Source: Bryobacterales bacterium (lineage in GTDB: Bacteria; Acidobacteriota; Terriglobia; Bryobacterales; Bryobacteraceae). From it: a DNA stretch of 64,000 nt. The DNA is taken from positions 9,621 through 73,620 of the forward strand of contig CAVVNE010000025.1 in assembly GCA_963749245.1 (NCBI GenBank). Reading direction: 5' to 3'. A model generated the notes under the pieces. The model saw only the letters and a list, made by a program, of their open reading frames with translations. It had not been told where the DNA came from and did not search any database. The position numbers and the translations under genes are program-made. Below are positions 1 to 10,360 of this stretch, piece after piece. Numbering within the stretch: position 1 is the first letter of the stretch; each line of letters begins with the position of its first letter.

Positions 1-121
1 ATGATACGCGCGAACCGCCTCCATTGACAAGCGCCCGTTTCTGGGATACGCTCAGCGAAGCTTGAGGCGCGTTTGAGTCGTTTCAAGGCCCCAAAACCAC
101 GTGTAGTTGAAGGGAGACGAC

Positions 122-1021
122 GTGAAGATTTCCAGAGCTCTTCTCATGAGTCCGGCCGTATTTTCCGCGGCTTCGTTTTTCTTTTTTTACGGATTACCCG
201 CCCGGCCGCAGCAGCCCCCGGCCGGCACTCCCGGGCCGGGCCGCGGCCGAGGTGGCGGCGGATTCCGGCAGCCCGATCCCATCGATTTTAACGACCACGC
301 GGGCTGGATCTCTATGTTCGACGGCTCGACTCTGAACGGCTGGGACGGCGACAAGAATTACTGGCGCATCGTCGATGGAGCCATTGAGTCCGAATCGACG
401 TGTGAGAAACCGACCGGCACGATCTATCTGGTGTGGCAGGGCGGCGAAGCTGCGGACTTCGAGATGAAGGTCGAGATGAAAGGCGAAGGCGCGCATATCA
501 ACAGCGGCGTGCAGTATCGCGGCGCGATTCAGGAACCTCGTCCTCCACGGGCCGGCAGAGGCCCCGGAGGCGGACGCGGTCCGCAGGGCCCCTGCCCCAG
601 CGGTCAGCCTCGGGGCACACCGCCAGATCAGGCCGGCCAGGCCAAGTGGAACATGCTGGGCGCGCAATTCGACTTCGACGGCCAGAATCGCTATAGCGGT
701 CAGTATTATGAACAAGCCACCGGCCGAGGCATCATCGCATGGAGAGGACAGGCGGTACAGACCGCGGAGGGCAAGCCTCCGCGCCTTCTGGCCACGCTGG
801 GCGACAAGGACGAGCTCGGCGGCTATGTGAAGGTCGACGACTGGAATCAGTTGCACATTATCGCCCGGGGCACGACGATGACGCACATCATCAACGGCCA
901 CATGATGTCGATCCTGATCGACGACGATCCGACGAAGTTTCGCAAGAGCGGGCTGATCGGGTTTGAGATCGAGGGGACGGGAAAAATCTTCATGCGGAAT
1001 ATCTGGCTGAAGAAGTTGTAG
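122..1021 (+). CDS. secreted DUF1080 (3-keto-disaccharide hydrolase-like) domain protein
   Basis: ORF 107..1021. Motifs NGWDG..WRIVDGAIES, GTIYLVWQG..FEMKVEMKG, NSGVQYRG and C-terminal GLIGFEIEGTGKIFMRNIWLKKL are typical of DUF1080. AAGGGAG lies 5 nt before the GTG at 122. Hydrophobic signal peptide. Two Arg/Gly/Pro-rich inserts. Confidence 0.8.
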   Translation: MKISRALLMSPAVFSAASFFFFYGLPARPQQPPAGTPGPGRGRGGGGFRQPDPIDFNDHAGWISMFDGSTLNGWDGDKNYWRIVDGAIESESTCEKPTGTIYLVWQGGEAADFEMKVEMKGEGAHINSGVQYRGAIQEPRPPRAGRGPGGGRGPQGPCPSGQPRGTPPDQAGQAKWNMLGAQFDFDGQNRYSGQYYEQATGRGIIAWRGQAVQTAEGKPPRLLATLGDKDELGGYVKVDDWNQLHIIARGTTMTHIINGHMMSILIDDDPTKFRKSGLIGFEIEGTGKIFMRNIWLKKL

Positions 1022-1024
1022 AAT

Positions 1025-1076
1025 CCCCTGGCTGACGCCAGGGGTTATAACCCCGACCCGTAAGGGCGGGGATGCC
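1025..1076. repeat. two adjacent stem-loops between convergent genes: CCCCTGGC-TGAC-GCCAGGGG, then the REP-B unit ATAACCCCGACCCGTAAGGGCGGGGATGCC
   Basis: Perfect 8-bp stem at 1025-1044. Bulged stem CCCCG(A)CCC/GGGCGGGG at 1051-1071. The second unit recurs at 31821-31852. No clear U-tract. Confidence 0.6.
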
Positions 1077-1086
1077 AGATTGACGG

Positions 1087-3783
1087 CTACTCGTATCGCA
1101 ACGCGACCATTGGATCTACCTTCAGTGCACGCCGCGCGGGAATTGCGCTGGCGGTGGCGGCCACAACGACGAGAAATAGCGACAATCCCAGGAACGTCGC
1201 CGGATCGTAAAAGGGGACGCCATAGAAAAAGTCGGAGGAGCCGGGAAGGGTGAGCGTCGAGTGCAGCAGCGCCGATAACGCCGCGGCGCCAGCTACTCCC
1301 AGTGCCAATCCGAAGAACACGGGCCGCAATCCGCGTACGACCACCGAGAGCAGAACGTCGCCCGCTTTTGCCCCCAGCGCCACGCGGACCCCGATTTCCT
1401 TCACGCTCCGGCTCACCAGGTACGACATGACTCCGTAAATTCCGACGCCTGCCAGCGCCAGGGCCAGAGCCGCAAGGATCGCCGCGAACAGCGCGCTGAT
1501 CTGCGCAAACGACCGCAACATCTGCACCGGGCCGGCTTCCAGATTCATAGTCGACAAACCTGCTGCGAGTCTCGGATCGATGGTCCCGGCGGCGGCCCGA
1601 ATCGCGGCGACCGCGCGGCGCGAGTCGCCTTGGGTTCGCACCAGCAATCCCGCGTTCCAGCTGGGTTTCGGCGCCAGATATACGCGCGTCACATCCACTC
1701 GCGAAAGGCTGGCAAACCTCACGTCCTTTGCTACGCCAATAACTTCAAAATCGACGTAATTGCCGTGATAGCTCATGTCCAGCTTGAAGACTTTGCCGAT
1801 CGGGTCCTCTCCCGGCCAGAACTTGTGAGCTGTCGCTTCGCTGACCACCGCGAGATTCACGCCTTGCTCGGATTCGAGCCGTGTGAGATGCCGCCCGCGG
1901 GTGATCGGGATTCCAAACAGATCGAAATAGGTGTCCGATGCGTAGCCTGCCAGGGCCCTCTCGCGGTCTGTGCCAATCATGACATTCGCCGTCCAGGTCC
2001 CCATCAAGGGAACCCTTCCTATCGCAACACCCCGGACCTCCGGCAAGGTCTGAAAGCGGTCCATCAACCGGCGCTCTAGCGCAGCCGCCTTGACGGGATC
2101 AGGGCCGAAATCGCCGGTGACCGAGTAAACGCTCTGTGTTTCGTATCCAGGGTCTGCGACCTGGGCGCGGCTGAGTCCGCGCATCAGCAAACCGGCGCTG
2201 ATCAGCAGTACCATCGATACCGTGACCTGCGTCGCTACCAGTAAACTGCGCAACCGCGACCGGCTCCATCCGCCTCCGAATCCTCCGTCGGTCTTTAATG
2301 CGATCGTCAGATCCGGCCTGCTGAATTGAAGCGCCGGTGAAAGTCCGAACAGAAGTCCGGCCGCCAGCGACAACGCCATCGCATACGTGAGCACCCGCCA
2401 ATCCGGGCTTAAATCGATGCCGACGGCCAGATCGAATCCGAATCCCTTGGAAGTTTTTTGAAGGAATTGTTCGAGAGCGATCCATAACAGCTTGCTGGTC
2501 CAGATGGAAAGCAGCAATCCTCCCGCGCCGCCGATCAGGGATAGCAGGAGACTTTCGGTCAGCAACTGGCGGATGATGCGGCCGCGGCTCGCGCCCAGCG
2601 CCAGGCGAACGCTGATCTCTTTCTGACGCGCCGCTCCACGCGCCAGCAGCATGTTCGCGATATTGACGCAGCCGACGAGAAGCACCATGCCGACGATCAG
2701 CATGATGGCTAGCATCGACGCCTGAAAGCGCACATCCTCTGTATTGCCGATGAGCGATGTACGTTGCAGAGTCACGGTGGTGGTCCGTTCGGCTTCCTTA
2801 AATGTCGCTGCGAACTGCCGGATCAGCGCCGCAGTCTCCGCCTCCGCGCGGCGCGCGCTCACCGCAGGCTTGATCCGCGCCAGGATTTGAAATTGCTGGT
2901 CGCCCGGCGTGTTCAGCCAGTTCCGCCCGGGTGCGAGCTGCGCCTGCATCGAAACCGGCGCCCAAAAATCCGGGGTCTGAGGAATCACGGCGGTGCCGGA
3001 AAACTCCTTCGCCGCTACACCGATCACCGTGAAGGCGACGCCGTTGAGTTTTATGATGCGTCCGTTCACATCGCGGTCGCCGTGAAACCGTCGTTCCCAC
3101 GACGCATTGCTCAGCACGATCACCGGATTTCCTCCTGGCGCACGATCCTCATCCGGCAGAAATGTCCGGCCGATCTGCGCGGGCACGCCGAGGTCGGTGA
3201 AGTAGTTCGCCGTCACCAGTTGCCCGCCGAGTTTGTCGCCTTCGTCCGTCACGACCGTGTGGGACCCGCTCGCGGCGACCATGTCGGTAAATACATCGTT
3301 GCGATCCCGGCAGTATAAATACTCGGGATAAGAAAATCCATACTGGACGTCGCCAAGGTAGCCGCTTGCGAACCATCGTTCCAGGCGAAACACCTGGCTG
3401 GGATCGGCCACCGGAAGAGGCTTTAGCGCAACCGCATTGTATGCAGTGAACACCGTCGTCACCACGCCGACACCCAGCGCCAGCGTCAGCGCCGCGATCA
3501 GCGTGAATCCCGGGTTCGCGCGCAGCGTTCGCGCGCCGTATTTAAGATCGGCGAACAGGGTTTCGATCTGCGGCAGCCCGCGCGCCTCCCTCCGGTTTTC
3601 CTTCACCCGCGTGACGTTGCCCATGCTGCGCAATGCCGCCTGGCGCGCGTCATTCGCCGTCATTCCACGGCTGATATTCTGCTCGGTCAGCAGTTCGAGA
3701 TGGGCCTCCACCTCGGCGTCGAAATCCTGGTCCAGCGATCGTCCGCGGAACAGAGCCGCCAGCTTCGAAAACAGCACGCGCAT
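1087..3783 (-). CDS. ADOP-family (MacB/FtsX-like, duplicated) permease with N-terminal cytoplasmic extension
   Basis: 898 aa. N-terminus MRVLFSKLAALFRGRSLDQDFDAEVEAHLELL.. is typical of acidobacterial duplicated orphan permeases. Two FtsX-type 4-TM modules. Ends VDPMVALRYE. Starts 5 nt after the PadR stop. Confidence 0.9.
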   Translation of the reverse strand: MRVLFSKLAALFRGRSLDQDFDAEVEAHLELLTEQNISRGMTANDARQAALRSMGNVTRVKENRREARGLPQIETLFADLKYGARTLRANPGFTLIAALTLALGVGVVTTVFTAYNAVALKPLPVADPSQVFRLERWFASGYLGDVQYGFSYPEYLYCRDRNDVFTDMVAASGSHTVVTDEGDKLGGQLVTANYFTDLGVPAQIGRTFLPDEDRAPGGNPVIVLSNASWERRFHGDRDVNGRIIKLNGVAFTVIGVAAKEFSGTAVIPQTPDFWAPVSMQAQLAPGRNWLNTPGDQQFQILARIKPAVSARRAEAETAALIRQFAATFKEAERTTTVTLQRTSLIGNTEDVRFQASMLAIMLIVGMVLLVGCVNIANMLLARGAARQKEISVRLALGASRGRIIRQLLTESLLLSLIGGAGGLLLSIWTSKLLWIALEQFLQKTSKGFGFDLAVGIDLSPDWRVLTYAMALSLAAGLLFGLSPALQFSRPDLTIALKTDGGFGGGWSRSRLRSLLVATQVTVSMVLLISAGLLMRGLSRAQVADPGYETQSVYSVTGDFGPDPVKAAALERRLMDRFQTLPEVRGVAIGRVPLMGTWTANVMIGTDRERALAGYASDTYFDLFGIPITRGRHLTRLESEQGVNLAVVSEATAHKFWPGEDPIGKVFKLDMSYHGNYVDFEVIGVAKDVRFASLSRVDVTRVYLAPKPSWNAGLLVRTQGDSRRAVAAIRAAAGTIDPRLAAGLSTMNLEAGPVQMLRSFAQISALFAAILAALALALAGVGIYGVMSYLVSRSVKEIGVRVALGAKAGDVLLSVVVRGLRPVFFGLALGVAGAAALSALLHSTLTLPGSSDFFYGVPFYDPATFLGLSLFLVVVAATASAIPARRALKVDPMVALRYE

Positions 3784-3787
3784 GGGA

Positions 3788-4132
3788 TTAATTCTCCGGT
3801 TCCAGGGCCAGCAGCCTGGACATCATCCCCGACGTCCGCTCCCAACTCCTCGTCTCCGCCGCCAGATTTTTTTGCCCCGCACGGGTGATGGAATAGAACT
3901 TCGCCTTCCGATTGTTTTCTGAAACGCCCCACGCCGATGAAATCCATCCCTTTTGCTGGAGCCGCAGCAGCGACGCGTAAATCGTCCCCTGGTTCAGCTC
4001 GATCAGGTTCGCGCTGATCTGTTCGATCCGCCTCGCCAGGCCGAAACCGTGCAAAGGGCCGAGCACCGCCAGCGTTTTCAGGACCATCAGGTCCAGCGTT
4101 CCCGGGAGGATTTCCGGCTTCTCCTGTGGCAT
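3788..4132 (-). CDS. PadR-family transcriptional regulator (acidobacterial type)
   Basis: PGTLDLMVLKTLAVLGPLHGFGLARRIEQIS..LNQGTIYASLLRLQQKGWISSAWGVSENNRKAKFYSITRAGQ. ATG at 4132. Immediately upstream of the ADOP permease. Confidence 0.9.
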   Translation of the reverse strand: MPQEKPEILPGTLDLMVLKTLAVLGPLHGFGLARRIEQISANLIELNQGTIYASLLRLQQKGWISSAWGVSENNRKAKFYSITRAGQKNLAAETRSWERTSGMMSRLLALEPEN

Positions 4133-4200
4133 ATCTACAGGAAGTCTGCCACACCTTCTGTGGCCTGTCAACAGGAGAGTCGCTGGTTGACAATGAGCGT

Positions 4201-4689
4201 ATGAACCTCCGCTCCTTTTTTCCGCTTTTCTGTTCCGTCATGCTCCTGGCCGCCGAATCCGTCGCCGGCTTGAAATGGACCGCGCCCGCCGGCTGGAAGG
4301 CCGAAAACGGCGCTCGACCAATGCGCGCGGCTACCTATATCGTGGGTGACGCCGAGTGCGTCGTCTACTTCTTCGGCCAGGGTCAGGGCGGCAGCATCCA
4401 GGCCAATATCGAGCGGTGGAAGAATCAGTTCCAGGGCGGCCCCGAGGGCAAAACCGGCAAGCGTACCATTCACGGCCTGGCGGTCACTATCCTCGATGTC
4501 TCCGGAGCATACAACGGCATGACAGGCCCCGGGTCGGGCGGCGCCGCCTCGAAACCTGGTTACCGGATGCTCGCGGCGATCGTCGAAAATCCCGGCGGCA
4601 ACGTGTTTTTCAAGTTCACAGGTCCCGCGAAGACCATCGCCGCCAACCAGCAGAAATTCGATCAAATGCTGGGCTCCGTCACAAGGTAA
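4201..4689 (+). CDS. hypothetical secreted protein
   Basis: Internal ATG at 4201 gives the signal peptide MNLRSFFPLFCSVMLLAAESVAG. No recognisable family. Confidence 0.55.
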   Translation: MNLRSFFPLFCSVMLLAAESVAGLKWTAPAGWKAENGARPMRAATYIVGDAECVVYFFGQGQGGSIQANIERWKNQFQGGPEGKTGKRTIHGLAVTILDVSGAYNGMTGPGSGGAASKPGYRMLAAIVENPGGNVFFKFTGPAKTIAANQQKFDQMLGSVTR

Positions 4690-4698
4690 GATCGTCTC

Positions 4699-5229
4699 AT
4701 GAGCAAATCCATTCATATTTCAGCAACGCTGCTGGCCTGCGCCGCCCTGTCGTTCGCCGGCAACCCTCAAAGCCCAGCCGCGCAGACCTCCGTCACCATC
4801 GGCGGAAAATCCATCACGATCAAGTATTCCGCGCCCTCGCTCCGCGGCCGCAAGATGCTCGGCCCCGACGGCCGCGTCAGTAAGGATCCCACCTGGCCCG
4901 TCTGGCGCACCGGCGCGGACGAAGCGACCGCTCTGCATACGGACGCCGATCTGAGCATCAATGGCCTCAGTGTTCCCAAGGGCGATTACACCGTCTTTAC
5001 GCTGGTGAACGTGCTGCCCTGGCAGCTCATCATCAGCAAGCAGACCGGACAGTGGGGCTTGTCTTACGATCCGAAAATGGACCTCGGCCGCGTCCCGATG
5101 ACCATGACCAAACCGTCGGCGCCCATTGAGACGCTCAAAATTGTTCTCTCCTCCGCCGGCGGCAACAAAGGCAAACTCCAGATCGAGTGGGAGAATGTCA
5201 TCGCCTCGGTTCCCTTCACGGTGAAATGA
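4699..5229 (+). CDS. DUF2911 domain protein (secreted)
   Basis: Signal peptide, then GGKSITIKYSAPSLRGRKM, VWRTGADEATAL, GLSVPKGDYTVFTL and WQLIISKQTGQWG, the pattern of DUF2911. Its stop overlaps the ppc ATG (ATGA at 5226-5229). Confidence 0.75.
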   Translation: MSKSIHISATLLACAALSFAGNPQSPAAQTSVTIGGKSITIKYSAPSLRGRKMLGPDGRVSKDPTWPVWRTGADEATALHTDADLSINGLSVPKGDYTVFTLVNVLPWQLIISKQTGQWGLSYDPKMDLGRVPMTMTKPSAPIETLKIVLSSAGGNKGKLQIEWENVIASVPFTVK

Positions 5230-7911
5230 TCCCGCGCCCTGCCGAATTCCTGCGCGAGGGCTTCTCCAAGTGGATAGATGACTTCAACGAGATTCGCGGC
5301 CTCTTCTCCGAAATGCTGGAGGAGGAAGGCGACGCGGATCTCGCTGCGTTTTTGCGCTCCTGTTTTGACGATAACGGCGGACAAATAAGGCTCGCCGCGC
5401 TGCCCGCCGAATATTGCCAGGCGCTGTCCATCGTGTTTCAGCTCCTCGATATCGTCGAGGAAAACACCGCCAACCAGGTCCGCCGCCGCGCCGACGATCC
5501 CCGCCGTCAGGAAGGCGAGCCGGGCCTGTGGCAATACAACCTCGGCGATCTTCGCGAGCGAGGATTTTCCGAAGCGGCGTTGAGATCCGCGATGGAGCGA
5601 ATCTCCGTCGAGCCCGTCTTGACCGCGCACCCCACCGAGGCCAAGCGCGCGACAGTGCTGGAACATCATCGCGCCATTTATCTTCTGTTAGTCGAGCGCG
5701 ACAACCGCCGCTTCACCGAAGTTGAAGCCGCCATTTTCCGCCGCCGTCTGAAAGCCGCGCTCGAACGCCTCTGGCGCACCGGCGAAATCCGCGCGGAACG
5801 ACCTCAGGTCGACAGCGAGGTGCAAGGCGTTCTCTATTACCTGCGCTGGGTGTTCCCCGACGTTGTGGAATTGCTGGATCAAAGATTCCAGCATTCCTGG
5901 TCCGCCGCGTTTGGCACGGTGCCTCCGCATTTACCGAAGCTGGCATTCGGAAGCTGGGTGGGAGGCGACCGGGACGGTCATCCTTTAGTGACTCCCGAAG
6001 TGACGGCCCGAACCCTGGTCCTGCTGCGGCAAGGGGCACTGGCTGTTGCACGCGAGCGCCTTCGTCAGCTTGGCGCGCGCTTGAGCCTCGCCGAATCGGA
6101 AGTGCCCGTACCCGCCAACCTGCGCAACCGTATCGCCATCCTCAGCGGGATCCTCGGCCCTGACGTCGCTCGCAAGGCGATCGACCGTAACCCGCGCGAG
6201 CCCTGGCGTCAAATGGCCAACCTGATGCTCGCGCGCCTGGAGCGCGTGGACGAGGACGGCGGCTACGCTTCGTCCGCGGAGTGGATCGAAGATTTCGAAG
6301 TGTTGGAGTCATCGCTTCGCGAAGCCGGCGCGCGCAACGTTGCGGAAATGGACGTGCGCCCCGCCGTCGCCCAGGCGCGCGTATTCGGGTTTCACCTGGC
6401 CACTCTCGATATCCGCCAGAACAGCCAATATCACGATCGCGCCATGGCTGGCCTGCTGCGCGCCGCCGGTTTTGCGAAATGCGATTTTCCGAACTGGACT
6501 GAAGTGGAAAAACTGGAGTTTCTCGACGCGGAACTGAAAACTCTTCGTCCGTTCGCCGGGCCTCACATGAGTCTCGATCCCGAGGCCGCGCACGTGACAG
6601 CGCTGTTTCGCAACCTGCGGTCGCACTTGGCCGCGCACGGCCCGGAAGGACTGGGCCCGGTGATCGTCAGCATGACCCGCAGCGTCGCCGATCTACTGGT
6701 CGTCTACCTGCTGGCGCGCGAAGGCGGATTGCTGGTCGAAACAGCGAACGGCGTGGCCTGCGAACTGGCCGTGGCGCCGTTGTTTGAAACCATTCGCGAT
6801 CTGGAAAACAGCGCCGGCATTCTCGACGCATTTTTGAGCCACGCTGTCACCCAGGCGCCGCCCGATGAACGAGGTCGTGGTCATGCTCGGTTATAGCGAC
6901 AGCAATAAAGATGGAGGCGTCCTGGCCAGCCAGTGGAGCTTGCATCAGGCCGAACGCGAACTGACCAAGGTCGCCAAGAAACACGACACGCGCCTGACGT
7001 TTTTTCACGGCCGCGGTGGCACCGTTGGCCGCGGAGCCGGTCCCACGCACGTATTCCTCGAAGCCTTGCCGCAGGGCTCGCTGATGGGAAAGATGCGCGT
7101 CACCGAACAAGGCGAGGTCATCGCGCAAAAGTACGCCAACCGCGTCACGGCGACCTTTCAGCTCGAACGCCTGCTGGCCGGCGTCACCCGGACGACGCTC
7201 ATTCATAGCGCGTCGCACCAGGGGCCGCCGGCATTTGAATCCATCTGGCCGGAAATCGCCGAGGTCAGCTTCCGGGCGTATCGAAGCCTGGTTGAGACCG
7301 AAGGCTTCATCTCATTTTTCAGGCAGGCCACGCCTATCGACGCCATTGAGCAGACCCACCTCGGCTCCCGCCCGTCGCGCCGAACCGGAGCCGGTTCGCT
7401 CGACGATCTGCGCGCCATCCCGTGGGTCTTCAGTTGGAGCCAGGCCCGATTTCATCTCCCCGGGTGGTATGGCGTCGGCACAGCGCTTGATTGGCTTCGC
7501 CGCGAACATCCCCAGGACTGGCAGCGCCTGCGCGAGCGGGCCCGCACCTGGCCGTTCATTTCTTATTTGTTGCACAACGCGGAAGCGAGCCTGATGATGG
7601 CGCATCCCGGCCTGATGCGCCTCTATGCATCGCTGGTGGAGGATGAGAAGGTTCGTGTACGCCTATTTCAAACAATTTTCGATGAATATGAATTGTCGGT
7701 ATCCGTGATCGAGGAAGTGTTCGGCGATTTCGCGACGCACCGCAAGCGCCTGGCGCAAGCCGTCCAACTGCGCCGCAGCGCGCTCGACCAGCTCCATCAC
7801 GAACAAGTCCGCCTGCTTCGGGTGTGGCGGAGGAAACAGAAGGAAGAAACGCTAACTGCCCTGCTGCTGACGATCAACGCCATCGGAATGGGTCAAAAAA
7901 TGACCGGCTGA
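5226..7911 (+). pseudogene. ppc: phosphoenolpyruvate carboxylase, reading frame broken between 6838 and 6864
   Basis: ORF 5187..6896 carries VLTAHPTEAKR. ORF 6865..7911 (next frame) begins VVVMLGYSDSNKDGG and carries FHGRGGTVGRGAGP. The span is 2686 nt (3n+1). Confidence 0.85.
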
Positions 7912-7922
7912 CCAAGCGAGTT

Positions 7923-9005
7923 CTACTCGCTGAACACAAAATTGACATCCACTTGACAGTGACCCTGCACCGGATCTCCATTGAGCGAGACCGACTGGAA
8001 GTACTCCCCGACCGCTTTTTGAGCCGCGGCAACGAGCAGCGGATGTCCGCTGATAAGTTGAAGGTTTGCAACCGCTCCATCTGCCGCAAGGGACAATGTG
8101 AAGCGCACGGTCCCCTCACGAACACGCCGCTTGGCCAGTAGTGGCGGGTAGACGGGCAGGACCCTGACGATCGGAATCGCTCTCCGCAGTTCCCATTTCC
8201 CGCCGCCCCGCAGCAGAAACCGGAAGGGCTCCCCATCGCCCTCCGGAAGTTGCACTGACACCAGCTTCACCCATGGCCTATCGGCCGCAAAACTTCTGCG
8301 ACCCCAGTTCTCGGCCGCCACGATGTCGGCCAGATGCTCTTCCTTCGAGTCGCGCAAATTGGCGCGTGCGCGGACCAGGAGACTCATATAAGCCATCGCA
8401 TCGGAAAAATCCGGATCGAGAAGGAGCGCTCGATTGAGATCCCCAATGCCTCGTTCAAGCAGTGACCAGTATTTGGCCTTCAGCCTCTCCCGCACCGGAG
8501 CAGGCAAAGGTCCAGGATCTTCGGGTTTCCACTTGAGGCTCGCTTGAGTCCCCTCATAAGCTAACTCCCACTTATGCCACGCGATGACACCCATCATGTA
8601 CGGAGCTTCTTTGTTCCTGGGAGAAACGGCCGCTAACCGCGTATACAAGTCCATCGCTTCATCGATCGTTCCGGTGTTATAGGCAGAACTCGCCAGCCAT
8701 GCGATAGCCGTCTCGTTGATCGGATCCAACTTCAGCGCTCTCTTAAACTCCGTCTCCGCGGACCGCGCGAAAGCGTTGTTCTCCGGCGAGTTGGCTCCGG
8801 GAATCCACTGGCTCATCAGAGCGGTCCCGAGGTACAGGTGCGGATTCACGGCGTTGGGATGTAGCGTCACCGCTTGTTGAAACAGGTCAACCGCCTGCGG
8901 ATAATCGCCACTCTTGAACGCCGCGACGCCGCGGTTTAACACTTCCCGGAAATCCTGCGCGCCCAGAAGGCAAGCGGAGATCAGGGCAAATGCATAAAGG
9001 CGCAT
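7923..9005 (-). CDS. TPR-repeat protein with C-terminal TonB-like (energy transducer) domain
   Basis: Signal peptide MRLYAFALISACLLGAQD (ATG 9005; a GTG at 9014 is also possible). TPR-like helices. C-terminus VLPVYPPLLAKRRVREGTVRFTLSLAADGAVANLQLISGHPLL resembles TonB_C. Confidence 0.7.
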   Translation of the reverse strand: MRLYAFALISACLLGAQDFREVLNRGVAAFKSGDYPQAVDLFQQAVTLHPNAVNPHLYLGTALMSQWIPGANSPENNAFARSAETEFKRALKLDPINETAIAWLASSAYNTGTIDEAMDLYTRLAAVSPRNKEAPYMMGVIAWHKWELAYEGTQASLKWKPEDPGPLPAPVRERLKAKYWSLLERGIGDLNRALLLDPDFSDAMAYMSLLVRARANLRDSKEEHLADIVAAENWGRRSFAADRPWVKLVSVQLPEGDGEPFRFLLRGGGKWELRRAIPIVRVLPVYPPLLAKRRVREGTVRFTLSLAADGAVANLQLISGHPLLVAAAQKAVGEYFQSVSLNGDPVQGHCQVDVNFVFSE

Positions 9006-9034
9006 ATTCGTCACCTGTATGATACTTTAAGCCC

Positions 9035-10360
9035 ATGAGATGCCTCACCGCCCTTCTGCTCTTCGCCGCCCTCATTCCCGCTCAAGACGTCCAGACTGCG
9101 ACTCTGGCCAACGGGATGAAAGTCATCATTCAGGAAGATCACAACATCCCCAACGTCGCGATGTATTTCTTCTACAAAATCGGCTCCCGCAACGAACGCC
9201 CCGGCATCACCGGCATTTCGCACTTTTTCGAACACATGATGTTCAATGGCGCGAAGAAATACGGGCCGAAACAGTTCGATAACGAAATGGAAAAAGCCGG
9301 AGGCAACAACAACGCCTCCACCAGCGAGGACCTGACGACTTATACCGACTGGTTCCCGTCCGGCGCGCTGGAGCTGATGTTCGATATGGAGTCCGACCGC
9401 ATTCGAAACCTGGCGCTCGATCCAAAGATGGTCGCCTCCGAGCGCGGCGTCGTCTATTCGGAGCGCCGCACGTCCGTCGACAACAACAATCGCGGCATTT
9501 TGGACGAGCAGTTGCAGGCCGCGGCGTTTATCGCGCATCCGTATCATTGGCCTGTGGTCGGTTGGCCGTCCGATATCGAAGCGTGGACTCAACAGGATTT
9601 GAAAGATTACTTCGCCATCGGATACGCACCGAACAATTGCACGATGGTCGTCGTCGGCGATGTGACCGTGGCTCGCGTGATGGAACTGGCGAAGAAATAT
9701 ATCGAGCCGATTCCACGCCACGATCCTCCGCCGCCGGTGCGCACCATAGAGCCTGTGCAATTGGGCGAGCGCCGGGTGATCGTGAAAAAAGCCGCGCAGT
9801 TACCTCTGCAAATGATTGCGTATCACGTGCCGGACGCGAAGAATCCGGACTCAATCGTTCTGGACCTCCTGTCAACCGTCTTGTCGACAGGACAGAGCTC
9901 GCGCCTCTATAAACGCATGGTCGACGAGGAGCCTCTGGCGCTTTCGGTAAACGGCCGGCAGGGCGACGCGCTCGATCCGACGATCATGATTTTCACCATT
10001 CAGCCGCGCAGCGGCGTCGATCCGGCGCGCACGGAAAAGGCGCTGTATGAAGAGCTGGACCGTTTGAAGACTACCGAAATTCCAGCGAGGGAACTGCAAA
10101 AAGCCAAGAATCAGATGCTGACCCAGCATTATCAGCGGCTGAAGACGATCGCCGGACGAGCGTCCATGCTGGGTCATTATGAAGTGATCTTCGGCGATTA
10201 CCGCAAGACCTTCACCATCGACAAGGATTTTGAAGCAGTCACCGCGGCCGATATTCAACGCGCCGCGAAGAAGTACTTTTCGGAAAACAACCGCACCGTG
10301 GCGACTTTAATTCCCGACGGCTCGTCAGGCGGGCGGCGCGGCAGAGGGGGCAACCGATGA
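9035..10360 (+). CDS. M16 (pitrilysin) family zinc peptidase, catalytic subunit
   Basis: HxxEH zinc motif in GISHFFEHMMFNG. Signal peptide. Gly/Arg-rich C-terminus (GGRRGRGGNR). ATGA overlap with the next gene. Confidence 0.9.
   Translation: MRCLTALLLFAALIPAQDVQTATLANGMKVIIQEDHNIPNVAMYFFYKIGSRNERPGITGISHFFEHMMFNGAKKYGPKQFDNEMEKAGGNNNASTSEDLTTYTDWFPSGALELMFDMESDRIRNLALDPKMVASERGVVYSERRTSVDNNNRGILDEQLQAAAFIAHPYHWPVVGWPSDIEAWTQQDLKDYFAIGYAPNNCTMVVVGDVTVARVMELAKKYIEPIPRHDPPPPVRTIEPVQLGERRVIVKKAAQLPLQMIAYHVPDAKNPDSIVLDLLSTVLSTGQSSRLYKRMVDEEPLALSVNGRQGDALDPTIMIFTIQPRSGVDPARTEKALYEELDRLKTTEIPARELQKAKNQMLTQHYQRLKTIAGRASMLGHYEVIFGDYRKTFTIDKDFEAVTAADIQRAAKKYFSENNRTVATLIPDGSSGGRRGRGGNR

Noticed and set aside
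194-901. Long ORFs antisense to, or out of frame with, clearly assigned genes. Examples: 194..901(-), 13804..14730(+), 21328..22260(+), 22346..23713(+), 41797..43587(+), 46436..47371(-), 55800..56657(-), 59022..60005(-), 61353..62174(-).
   Set aside because: They overlap genes with strong family motifs on the other strand or frame. Their translations are Arg/Ala/Gly/Pro-rich and low in information. Long spurious ORFs are expected in GC-rich DNA because stop codons are rare.
6838-6864. Programmed ribosomal frameshift in ppc.
   Set aside because: There is no slippery heptamer and no obvious downstream stimulatory structure. PEPC is not known to be expressed this way. An indel, real or artefactual, is the simpler explanation.
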